A stretch of 61,076 nucleotides of DNA, counting the filler, from Malassezia furfur (Eukaryota), in the NCBI GenBank assembly GCA_052055015.1. It is 5 parts of 5 records of this genome, joined end to end, with 100 filler letters (N's around TTAATTAATTAA, not from the genome) between each part and the next. Parts side by side here need not be neighbours in the genome. Positions count along the whole stretch, not along the records: positions 1 to 12,252 come from JBQJIT010000339.1; 4 more parts are not named here. The stretch is one strand, 5' to 3'. The notes beneath the pieces were generated by a model. The model did not search any database and had not been told where the DNA came from. It saw nothing but the letters and a program-made list of their open reading frames with translations. This document shows positions 1 to 10,054 of the stretch, one piece after another. Numbering within the stretch: the stretch's first letter is position 1; every line of letters begins with the position of its first letter. A program made the position numbers and the translations under genes.

Positions 1-1
1 G

Positions 2-955
2 GAGCGGGCGCCGGCGCGTGGCGGTCGCGATGCGCCGCGTGCGGCGCCCGAGCGTGGGCGCCGGCGCGACCAGGAACTCTTCCCCCCCAAACCCCGCGGC
101 AAGATGCAGAGCGACTCGGTGCCGGAGCTGAGCATCTTTGGGCGCGCGGGTGTGCCGGACCCCCACGCGGCGCCGTTTGTGCCTGACATGCCGCCGCCGC
201 CGCCGGAGGTCGCGGCGATGATGGCCGCGATGGCACAGGGCCCGTCGCTCTTCTCGCGTCTCGACCCCATGATGCCGAGCAACCCGCCCGTGGACGTGCA
301 GCAGGCGACGGACGCGGCCTGGACGCTGTCGCGTGACCCATCGACGTTCCCCACGCGCCCGTCGGAAACGGCGCTGTGCCGTTACTCGATCCACTGCACC
401 AACCCGCAGTGTGTGTACAGTCATCCCAGTCCGGCCAATGCCGGCAAGCACGGCGACGAACACGCGCTGGTCCTCAGCGAAGAGGCGTGCGAGGCCGGCG
501 CACAGTGCACAGACAAAGAGTGCGTCAAGAGCCACGTGTCGCCGGCGGTCGCGATCCTCAGCAAGCGGCCGGCAGCCGCGCCGGCGGCGGCGTCGACGGC
601 CCCCCCGTGCCGCTTCCAGGCCGGGTGTTTGAACCCTGCATGCACGTACGCGCATTACGACGCGCGCGGCCAGCTGGTGCCGCCGCCCGCGAGCGGCGGC
701 ACGCCGTGCCGCTTCGGCACGCGGTGTACGCGTGCCGACTGTGCGTATACGCACCCCACCAAGAGCAAGACGCCGTGCCGGTATGGCGATGCATGCACGC
801 GTGCGGACTGCATCTTTACGCACCCCCGCGACGGCCCCGCGCGCCCCACGGCGGACCGGCTCAAGCCGTTTGCGGAAGAGGGCGGCGCGATGGAGCGCAT
901 CCTGCCGGGAGGGCAGACGGACGCGCCCGGCGAGGCGGTGCCTGGCTCGGCCTAG
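2..955 (+). CDS. NAB2: CCCH zinc-finger poly(A)-RNA-binding protein, Nab2/ZC3H14-like, C-terminal part (5' truncated)
   Basis: Tandem C-x5-C-x4-C-x3-H fingers (CRYSIHCTNPQCVYSHPS, CRFGTRCTRADCAYTHP, CRYGDACTRADCIFTHP). The frame is open back to the window start. Confidence 0.7.
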   Translation, partial: ERAPARGGRDAPRAAPERGRRRDQELFPPKPRGKMQSDSVPELSIFGRAGVPDPHAAPFVPDMPPPPPEVAAMMAAMAQGPSLFSRLDPMMPSNPPVDVQQATDAAWTLSRDPSTFPTRPSETALCRYSIHCTNPQCVYSHPSPANAGKHGDEHALVLSEEACEAGAQCTDKECVKSHVSPAVAILSKRPAAAPAAASTAPPCRFQAGCLNPACTYAHYDARGQLVPPPASGGTPCRFGTRCTRADCAYTHPTKSKTPCRYGDACTRADCIFTHPRDGPARPTADRLKPFAEEGGAMERILPGGQTDAPGEAVPGSA

Positions 956-994
956 ATACCAGTAGTCGTACATAATGCTACACAGCGCGGGGTA

Positions 995-2644
995 TCAGCG
1001 CAGCCCGGCCATCTGAAGGGCCTGCTGCTGCTGCAGCTTCGAAAGCTGCGGGAGATGCGCATCGCCGTGCGTCACGGCAGGAGGTGGCGGCACCGGAGCG
1101 GGTGCGGCGCGCGGCGCCGGGGTGTCGGTGTGCAGCTCAGGCGTGGGCGGCGCAAGGTACACGCGCGGCGACTCGCACGAGGCGGTGTCGAGCGTGTCGA
1201 CGCTGGTGATGCGCGGTTGCTCAACAAAGCTCACCTGCGACGGGCGGCGCCCCTCGGGCGGGACGGCGATGCAGGGCGGCGGCGCCTCGAGGTCTTTGGT
1301 GGGCGACGTGCCGTTCTTGGCCGAGGCCGACGAGCGGCTCGACGCATGGCGCTGCTCGAGGTCGTTGACAAACTCTTGGAAACGGTCGAGCTCGCTCAGG
1401 CGCGAGTGGTCCAGGCGGCGCTCGCCGCCGACGACGCGGTGGACGAAGCGCCGCCCGGGGATGTCAAAGTCGGGATTGTACGTCGACCACACCGCGTCAA
1501 ACTCGGTCAAAATCATGTTTTGGCACATGACACACATCAGCGGCGCATACAGCGTCAGGAAACTTTTGGAGTGGATCGAGTTGACCTCCTCGAGCACAAA
1601 GTTGACCACGTTGAAGGCGGTCGCCACGAAAAAGTACACCAAACCGTTGGAGATGAGGCGCGCCAGCAGCGGCGTAAGCGTCGACCACCAGTGCATCATA
1701 CCGCGCACCGCGTGGTACGGAAAGGTGGCCACAGGCAGCAGCTGCGCCGGCACGCGCTTGAGCACATCCGCGGCCGACGAGCGGCGCGAGTTGGACTCGT
1801 CGTTCGGCGTGAGCATGTGCTCCTCCTTTTCCTGCTGCCGCCGGCGGTGCTCCTCGAACGGGTCCTTGAACACGGGCATGTCGAGGCTGCGGCCCATGTT
1901 GGCATAGTACACCAGCTTGTACGACGACAGCACCATGGTCACCGTGTCAAAAATCATACTGATGAGGTAGAACCACTTGACCGTGTTGACCGGCCGCGGG
2001 TCCTTGCCTTTGTCCCCCGGATCGATCGCCGGCCGGCATGCACCGGTGACCGTCACCGCGTCCTTCGACTGGTACAGCAAGCCGACACTCGTCGCAAACA
2101 GCGCCAGCGAAAACGCCACCAAGAACACAACCACCCACCGCCGGCGCCGCCAGATCGCGATCGTGCGCCACGAAAAGATACACGCCACCAGAAACTGCAC
2201 CACGGCGACCGTGATCTGCTCCTGGCGCGGGCAGTCGTCGCTGCTTTTGAAGTGGTGCCAGAGCGAATACGCCGGCACAATCAGCGCAGGAATCGTGCCG
2301 TAGCGGATGAGCAGGAAGAGAATCACCTGCGGCCGCTTGATCATGTGCATGCGGTACATGTAGAGCTCCCGCGGCAGCGTGCGCATGTACTCCCATGCGT
2401 ACAGCGTCAGACTCGCGACCGTGATGTAATTCGCAACCTGCACCTGCTCGTCGAACTGCTGCTCGGACAGCGAGCGCGAGGTGGTTGGATCATTGTACGA
2501 TAGCCCACCGCTGTTATCCAGACTGACAGGCTCTGCGTGGTCCCCGGACACGATGCCCAGCAGCGCCCATACCAGCGCTAGCCAGATTCGCGCGCGCCGT
2601 CGCATCGTGGCCGACGAACACTGCCTCGACCCAAGCCTCCACAT
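995..2644 (-). CDS. Multi-pass membrane protein with DUF6533-like N-terminal domain and low-complexity C-terminal tail
   Basis: YITVASLTLYAWEYMRTLPREL...LFLLIRY is the typical DUF6533 pattern. Several hydrophobic helices and a possible signal peptide. Start is 2644 or 2605. Confidence 0.65.
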   Translation of the reverse strand: MWRLGSRQCSSATMRRRARIWLALVWALLGIVSGDHAEPVSLDNSGGLSYNDPTTSRSLSEQQFDEQVQVANYITVASLTLYAWEYMRTLPRELYMYRMHMIKRPQVILFLLIRYGTIPALIVPAYSLWHHFKSSDDCPRQEQITVAVVQFLVACIFSWRTIAIWRRRRWVVVFLVAFSLALFATSVGLLYQSKDAVTVTGACRPAIDPGDKGKDPRPVNTVKWFYLISMIFDTVTMVLSSYKLVYYANMGRSLDMPVFKDPFEEHRRRQQEKEEHMLTPNDESNSRRSSAADVLKRVPAQLLPVATFPYHAVRGMMHWWSTLTPLLARLISNGLVYFFVATAFNVVNFVLEEVNSIHSKSFLTLYAPLMCVMCQNMILTEFDAVWSTYNPDFDIPGRRFVHRVVGGERRLDHSRLSELDRFQEFVNDLEQRHASSRSSASAKNGTSPTKDLEAPPPCIAVPPEGRRPSQVSFVEQPRITSVDTLDTASCESPRVYLAPPTPELHTDTPAPRAAPAPVPPPPAVTHGDAHLPQLSKLQQQQALQMAGLR

Positions 2645-2667
2645 GAATTTTGCCCTACCGGCTAACG

Positions 2668-5428
2668 CTAGGCGCCGAACAGCGGCGCCTTGCCGACCAG
2701 CGCTACATAGGTACGGTGGTAGAAGAAGGAGCGCATGCCGCCACGCAGCTCAGCCTCATGCAATCCGTCGTCCATCGTCGGCGCATGCGCACACGCAGAC
2801 ACACTCGTCCACGCGAACGACGCGAGGCGCAGCGAGAACGGCGCACCGTCGCGACGGCACTGGTTCTCGACCTCGCGCAGCGCGCGCGAAAGCATGCGCG
2901 GCTCACTCGTGAGCACCACAGCATACGTGTAGGGAGCGAGTGCACGCAGCACCGCCGTCATGCGCTCCACCGCCAAGGGGAAGAGCGTCGCGTGCGGCAC
3001 CTCGCGTGCTTTTTCGGGCAGCTCCACCACGGCGCCCTGCAGCGCGCCGTCGGCGGGCGCCTCATCGAGCACGGCACGCACACCGTGCACGCCCAGCTCG
3101 TCCTGCAGCGCCTCCGTGAGTGCGCGGTCGGTGCTCTGCAGTGTACTGACACACACACTGGCGTCTGTTGTCTCGGGCTCCGCGAGCGGCAGCAGTCCGG
3201 CAATCGCACAGCCACGCGCCCGCGCAATCGCCGCGCGCGTCTCCTCGGGTGTACCGGGGGCTCCCGGCGCGACGTGCAGCTGGAACAGCAGCGACCCGCC
3301 AGGGTTGCCTTGCCGTGACCGTGGGCCGGACTGCAGCGACTCGCTGACACCGAAGCGCGGAGCAAACGACATCTTGATGAGCAGCTGTGCACCCTTGCGC
3401 ACACGCTCCCAAGCACCCGGGCGTTCGGATGCGAGCCATGCGTCCACGAGGCTCGCTAGGTGCTCCTCGAGCGCCGAAGTGCTCAGCGTGGGGAACACGT
3501 ACGAGCTGCGGTCGACGGCAACGGCAAACGTCGGGTCGGCGCCACGGTCGTATGCTGCCAGCACTTCGGCGCGGAGCGCGTCATCGTGCGCCCACGCCTC
3601 GCTAATGTACGCCAAGAGCGCTTCTTCGCTCGCCGTCGGCTGCGCATTCACTTCGTGCCCGGCATGCCCGGCGCCAAGCGTCTCGGCACGCTCGGCGAAG
3701 AGTGCGTCGAGGAGCGGCTGCGGCAGGATGTGTCGGCCCATGTCATAGTAGGCGGCGATGACACTCGGCAGCTGCGCCGCGTGGTATAGACGCACCAAAT
3801 CACCTGCCACGCGCGACGTGTCGACGCGCACGACGCCGGAATGCAGTGCAGACTCGAGCGCAACCGGCGCATCAATCACGACGCGCGCGAGCAGCTCGCG
3901 CTGTGCGACGTCCTCGAGTCCCCGCGGCACCTCGAGCAGCAGCGCCGGCACCACCTGCGTCCCCGCCTCGCACGCATGCACCGGGCGCTCGACGACCGTT
4001 GCGGGCATTGTCAGTGCGCCATCGACGCGGCGGTGGGCGCCGCCTTTCCCGACGTCAACGCCCTGGTGGTGCGAAAGGAGTGGCCAGTCAGGCAGGCGAC
4101 GGTCGCTGGTGGCATGCGGATCCTGCCATGTCTCAGTCGCCCACCACGGCAGCTCATCCTCAAACGACCATGCATCCGTCCAGTACTTGATGGCGTGCAG
4201 GTAGATGTACAGCTCCTCCGGCGTAGGGTCGGGCAGCAGCGGGATGCGGCACACCTCGCACACCTCGGTGTCCATCGGTGCCGCATCTGCGGGCGGCGCC
4301 GGCGCGGGCTGCCCGTTGGGGCCGGGCACGTCCACCGTCTCGTACTGCATCTGGCGGTTGATCGTGCCAAACAGCACGTCGTCGCGCCAGCGCGCCCAGC
4401 CCTCGGAGTCGTCGCGCGCGCCTTTGAGCGCAGCCAACACACGTTCGACCTCGACGTTGCCCGACTCGCCGCCCACGCGTTCATAGTGCCGCGGCTGAGC
4501 CGTGGACAACACGTCGCGGTCGACCGACGCCCACACGGGGTGGTTGTACAGCGGGTCGTTGCTGATAGGATGGCCCAACCATTGCGCATGCACACGGATC
4601 TGGTGCGTGCGCCCGGTGATGGGCCGGCACATGACAACGCTAGTGTCCGTCTTCGGGTCGTACGAGAGCCGCTGGAACAGCGTGCGGCAGTCTTTGCCCT
4701 TGGGGTGCACAATGTTCAGGCCGCTCTGCCGGTCGACGGCCAGAATCGGCTCGCGGCAGTCGATCGTTTCGGTGGGGAACTGACCGACCACGCGGCACAC
4801 GTATGCCTTGTTCACAAGACCCGCATTGAAGTCGTTCCCGAGCTGTGCGGCGGCCTCCTTGGTCGTGGAGCACACCATGATCCCAGACGTGAGCCGGTCG
4901 AGGCGGTTGCTCGTAAACACCTGGTCAAGGCCGGTCTGCTCCTTGACCATTTCCACGAGCGTGTGCCGGTGGTAGCGCCCGGTGGCATGCACGGGGATAC
5001 TTCCCGGCTTTACGACCACCAAACGACCCTGCTGATCGTCGCGGTGCAGGATGCGCACTGGCGCATCGGTCACGGCAGGCTCGTGACGGTGTACCTTGTT
5101 GCTGCGTGAGTCAGGACACGTACACAATCAGGTCACTGTTTTGGATACGATAGGTCGGCGTCACAGATGCGCCATTCACCGAGCACAGGCCTGCGTCAGA
5201 AACGGCGGCCTACCATTGTAAATGGCCCAGGTCTATGTCAGCGCATGCCCGTCACGTACATAGTATTCCTTTGTCCGGTCACGAAACTCGGTCGTAAACA
5301 CCTCGAGGATTTGGCGCCCATACCAGCGCGTCTTTGCACGTGTCTTGTACTCATACCTGCGTCAGCCGCGCCGCGTACCAGTACGGCGACAGGCGCCGAA
5401 GCCCAGGCGCCGCGGCACTTTCGGCCAT
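2668..5428 (-). CDS. RluA-family pseudouridine synthase (Rib2/Pus8/Pus9-like) with long C-terminal THUMP-like extension; 4 introns
   Basis: Motifs NRLDRLTSG and [11 protein letters not shown]. The N-terminus ([44 protein letters not shown]) is restored by removing introns 5357-5378, 5233-5259, 5191-5213 and 5102-5123. Confidence 0.85.
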
Positions 5429-5447
5429 GGTACGAAAAATGGCTTAG

Positions 5448-6617
5448 TCAGCGCACTTCTCTACGGGGGGGCGCACAGAGCACCAGCTGCTCGGGGTTGG
5501 TATACATAGCGAGGTGCGCGGCGACGATGCGCGCGGCCGACTTGGCATCGATGCGATGCGTGGAAAGCGTACGGCGCTGTGTCAGGGGTCCATACGTACA
5601 AAAACAACACAAGTGCCCGCATAAGCGGCCTGGAAACAGGGATCAAAGTCACGCTCGCCCCGCTCCATGCCGCTGCCGACCAGCTGGTAGCGCACGAGGC
5701 GCTTGATGAGCGCACGGTTGGCCTCTTCGGCATTTTCGGTGCTCGGCGCGCCGGGCGCAGACAGGGCCGCTGCAATTGGCGTGAACGCTGTGTCCGGTGT
5801 GCTCGCCGTATTCCGCGCTGGCCGCTTCTCTCCGCGCCGGCCGGGCGTATGGCCCGTGTGCCGTGGGCGCTCCGGTGTCAATTCCACATGGCCACGCTTC
5901 CGCACGCGCACGTCCAGAGCCGTGGTGCGTTCATCGTCGCTCGAGTCCCAGGCCGAGAGGCTTGGTCGCCGCGCGCGTGGGAGAGGGTCGTCTGGCCGGG
6001 GCGCAGGCGTTTCGGTACGCGCACGTTCGCTCGGTTCCTTGCGCTTGGGAGCGGCACGGCCAATCACCAAGTCGAGCGTCGCCGCATCCTTCTGTGACGA
6101 CCGCGCGGTCAAAATGAGCTCGAGTGCGCCGCGGCTATGCAGCGCGGTCCGATGGATGGAGGCCAGGTCACTCGCGTGCTCGGATACGCTGGGGTCATAT
6201 ATGAGCGTCAGTGTCTGACTTGAGGGTATACAGAAGCGCTGGGCAAAGTAGGAGACCGTGAAGGGATACGCAGGGTCCAAGTGTCTGACGTTAGTTGCGG
6301 CCTACTCACAATTGAATGGCCCCTGACGCGTCCGCAACACTGGACTCGGTAGTCTGCGAGTCGGTGGACCGGACACACAGAGCGTGGTGGCGCACCATTT
6401 CGAGCGCGAGACACAGCTCGGCTTCGGCTTCTAGCGCGCCAGTCGCTACGTGCTCGCTGGTATGGAGGTGGGCCCACGGATGCATGCTGGTCACGATGCT
6501 TGCGCCTGGCAAGCACGTTCCATCGTGCAGGATGAGGCTGCCGCGCCAGAGCACTCGCGGTCGCTTGCTGGGTGACGCGCCGAGCTGGGACGTCGACGCG
6601 TCGGCCTCGCGCTCCAT
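5448..6617 (-). CDS. Protein with Sld7 C-terminal-like domain; introns 6285-6309 and 5577-5599
   Basis: Splicing joins ORFs 6306-6749 and 5582-6280 and a last exon ending ...IVAAHLAMY...*. EEANRALIKRLVRYQL..GMER...F......YAGT resembles Sld7_C (recall). Confidence 0.5.
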
Positions 6618-6646
6618 AGTGGAGGTCACCATCAAGCTGTGCGTCG

Positions 6647-7963
6647 ATGCCACGCCTTTTACCTGGGCTCCGTGGACGTGCGGCGCGTGCCATCCGCGCC
6701 GCCGCGCCAGAGGGCGGCGCCAAGCCCGCGTTCGCCCCACGGACATCATTCACGTTCCCTGCATCGGTACCGTCATGGTACATAGGCCATATGCATCGCG
6801 CGATGCGCTCGCTTCCTGCGATGCTCAGTCGCACACCGCCGCCGCTCGTGATCGAAGTACGCGACGCGCGGCTGCCACTCACGAGCATCAACCCACAGTT
6901 TGAGCGTGTGCTGCAAGAGGCACCCAAAGCACACGACCGCGTCCGTGTCGCGCCTGGCCAGCGTCTGCCGGCCTGGCGTGCGCGCCGGTTGGTTGTGTAT
7001 GCCAAGCGTGACCTGATTGACCGTTCACTCGAGCAGCCACTCACCAGCGCGCTGCATGCGTATGGCCAGGATGTTTTGTTTGCCGAGACGCGGCGTAAGA
7101 GTGATGTACAGCGCATCTACGACTGGGTTTGTGCCCGCGCGAAGCTGCTGGGCCAAGAAGTGGCACGCGCTGCGTCGCGCGCGTCGCGGCTCTACCGTCC
7201 GTCGCGCATGTCCGGTGCGGCGCGCTACACGCCGACGCCCGAGACGGGCGTGCGTCTGCTGATAGTCGGCATGCCGAACGTCGGCAAGAGCTCGCTGTTA
7301 AATGCGCTGCGTTTTGTGGGCACCGGCAAAAAAGGGGCGGCCAGCACGCACCCACACCCTGGACATACGCGCAAAGTCACGGGCACGATCCGCATCACAC
7401 CTGCTCCTCCTTCGCTGAACGAGCTCGAGGCGAGCGGCGGTGCGGTGGACCTTAAGGCGATTGTCGCACAGCAGGCGCGGCAGGCGCCCGCCGTGTACGT
7501 ATACGATACCCCTGGCATCATGGTGCCGCACTTTTCGTCGAGCGATGGGCGTGGCCCCGAGCGGGCGCTGAAGCTGGCCGTCGCTGGGTGCATGAAGCAG
7601 ACCTTGTTTGACCCCGAAGTCCTGGTCGACTACCTACTTTACCGCATGAACCAACGCTATCTGCGCACTGCGGCGCCTGATGCGCCGCTCCCGCCGTATA
7701 CCATGCTCATGGCTGAGCCGCACCTCACGGACGATGTCAACGTATACCTGCGGAGCGTGGCGGAGCGTGCGCCTGGGGCGAAGCAGCGGGGTGGGGAGCT
7801 GAGTCTCTCGGTGGCCGCCGAGTACGTCTTGGAGCAGTTCCGCCGTGGTGCGCTCGGGGACCGCGAGTTGGATCTCGACCTGGACCCCGCGGCGGCTACC
7901 CCGCGCGCCGATCAGATTCGTACGCGCGTCGATGCAGCCATGAGTGAGATCGGGGAGGCGTAA
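6647..7963 (+). CDS. MTG1: Mitochondrial ribosome-assembly GTPase (RbgA/YlqF family)
   Basis: WYIGHM, EVRDARLPLTSINP, GMPNVGKSSLLN, PGHTR and DTPGIM motifs of a circularly permuted GTPase. Arg-rich presequence. Confidence 0.88.
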   Translation: MPRLLPGLRGRAARAIRAAAPEGGAKPAFAPRTSFTFPASVPSWYIGHMHRAMRSLPAMLSRTPPPLVIEVRDARLPLTSINPQFERVLQEAPKAHDRVRVAPGQRLPAWRARRLVVYAKRDLIDRSLEQPLTSALHAYGQDVLFAETRRKSDVQRIYDWVCARAKLLGQEVARAASRASRLYRPSRMSGAARYTPTPETGVRLLIVGMPNVGKSSLLNALRFVGTGKKGAASTHPHPGHTRKVTGTIRITPAPPSLNELEASGGAVDLKAIVAQQARQAPAVYVYDTPGIMVPHFSSSDGRGPERALKLAVAGCMKQTLFDPEVLVDYLLYRMNQRYLRTAAPDAPLPPYTMLMAEPHLTDDVNVYLRSVAERAPGAKQRGGELSLSVAAEYVLEQFRRGALGDRELDLDLDPAAATPRADQIRTRVDAAMSEIGEA

Positions 7964-8182
7964 CCACTAGAACTGAGAAGTTAGATTTTCATTGCAGGCG
8001 TATGCAGGGGTGCATAATTATGCAGAAGAGGGGGCCGATGCTGCAATTCTCCACGGCGCCGTGGCGCGGCGGACGCGCAGAGCAAATTGCGGCGTCGGGC
8101 GCACACCTTGGGGTCTTTGTTTGCACTCATCGTACACGGTCGCGGGCGACGTGCAACGTCGAGGTTTCGTTTGTGGGAAACC

Positions 8183-8601
8183 ATGCAAAAAACCCTCCTC
8201 ATTCTCGCTGTGCTCAGTGCATTGGCCAGCACTAATGCCTCGGCATCGCCAAGCGCGCCGACGTCCGCGCCGGAACGCGTCGCGGCGTGGAACGGCGCGC
8301 GCATCGGCCACGCAGGCGGTCGCGGCGCTGCGTCGCCCAAAGTAGTGCGACGGCATTTGCAGCATCGCAGGCGACTGCCTGACCTCGCGTCGCTGATCCC
8401 TGGCCTCAACCTGGCGTCGTCGCTGTGGGCCGGCGAGTTCACGACGATCCCCGTCACACAGCCCGCGGAACGTTCTTCGTCTGCGCACAACACGCGCGGC
8501 GGCGAGAATGGCGGGCAGCGCACGCAGAGCTCCAACGACAACAACGGGCGTGGCAGTAACAGCGGAGAGCAGCGCCGTACGAGCAACCGCGCGTCGAGTA
8601 C

Positions 8602-8632
<31 letters not shown>

Positions 8633-9748
8633 AACGGCAACACCCAGAGTGCCAACGACAACAACAACTCGCGCTCGCGTGGCAGCAGCAATAGCGCATC
8701 GCGTGCGTCGTCGAGTGGGAATGGCGGCGCGGGCGCCGCATCGACGAGTGCGTCGCGTACGCGATCGAGCTCGTCGCCGACGTCGAGCTCTTCGCGCGCG
8801 GCGACGACGGTGGTGACGAGCACCGAATCGCAGGGTGCGACCCAGGGCAACCCGGTAGTGACATCGCACGTTAGTGTCACGGGCACGCCCACGTCGGAGC
8901 CTGCGGAGCCGCAGCACAAGGACAACCACACGGGCGTGATTGCGGGCGTCAGCACCGCCGGCGGTGTCGTGCTGCTGGCGATCATTGGCGTGGTGGTTGC
9001 CAAGCTGTTTGGCCGTCGCATCGTGCGCTCTTTCCGCCACGACGAGATCAAGTGGCCCGAGATGCAGCAGGATGCGGCGGCGGCAAGTGCGCCGCTGCCC
9101 GCGCGGCAGACGGGCGGCGCCGGTTTCGACATGGGTGGCGAGTCAGACGACGAGGGCAACGAGCATCCCATGCACGACGACTCGTTCAAGCCCGCCGAGT
9201 CGTTCGGCAATGGCTCGCTGCTCCAAGGCTCCGCGCCGGCGATGCAGCCCGTGCAGTACCCTGTGGGCGACATGTACATGCAGGGTGTTGGACCTAGCGG
9301 CGCTGAAACATACACAACGAGCTATGCCGGCGCCGCGCCGCCCACGACCCAGATCGAGGGTCTCGTGCCTGGGGCCGTGGTCTCGCACACGGCCGCGGGT
9401 GCGCCGCACGACCCGACGGGCGCCGAGGTGCCTGCTGCACTGCAGCCGGCGCATGCGCAACGGCCGAGTGCCAAGGGCGGTTACGCGGGCGCGACGGTGC
9501 CGCAGCAGTACCTGGACGTGGACCAAAACAACTCGTTCGAGACCTACTCGCAGGCGACGGACCAGCACGGCTACCCCGTGAGTGCGATCGCCGAAGTGTA
9601 TGGTGACGCACCGCCGTACGCTGAAACTGAAACCCACTATGGCGTGGCGTCGCACGACATCTATGACACGGCTGTCGGCTCGCCGTACGAGGCGGACGCC
9701 TATGTCCCGCACTCGTATGCCAACTCTTCTGCACACCACCACGGCTAG
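8183..9748 (+). CDS. Type I single-pass membrane protein with Ser/Thr/Asn-rich ectodomain (Mid2/Wsc-like sensor architecture)
   Basis: Signal peptide MQKTLLILAVLSALA, S/T/N/G-rich tract, TM helix VIAGVSTAGGVVLLAIIGVVVA followed by KLFGRR, and a Tyr-rich tail. Confidence 0.65.
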
Positions 9749-10054
9749 ATGGCCGCCGCTACGTGGTCTGCGCACGCTAATGTGTCCCTTGCGCTCATTT
9801 TTCCCGATCGTAGATTACGGTGATGTCCCCCGTCCCTCCCTGGTTTTCATAGTCTGTTCGCTGTACGTACCCCTACTGTGGCCCCACCCCCGACGCGGCG
9901 TACCGCCCCGTCTCCGCCTGCGGCGCGGTGCCGCGGGCCAATCTGGCGCAGCCAATCGGGCGGCCACGCGGTGAGTTGGATCGGGCGTGGTGGGCGTCTA
10001 TTCGTTCCGCGACGACAACCGGGGGCGCTACAGGTGGCCCTCTGTGAGCGCGCA

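Noticed and set aside
5445..5450. TGA CTA readthrough context at the Sld7-like stop
   Set aside because: The extension is out of frame with the downstream ATG and no PTS1-like end was seen, so it is likely chance.
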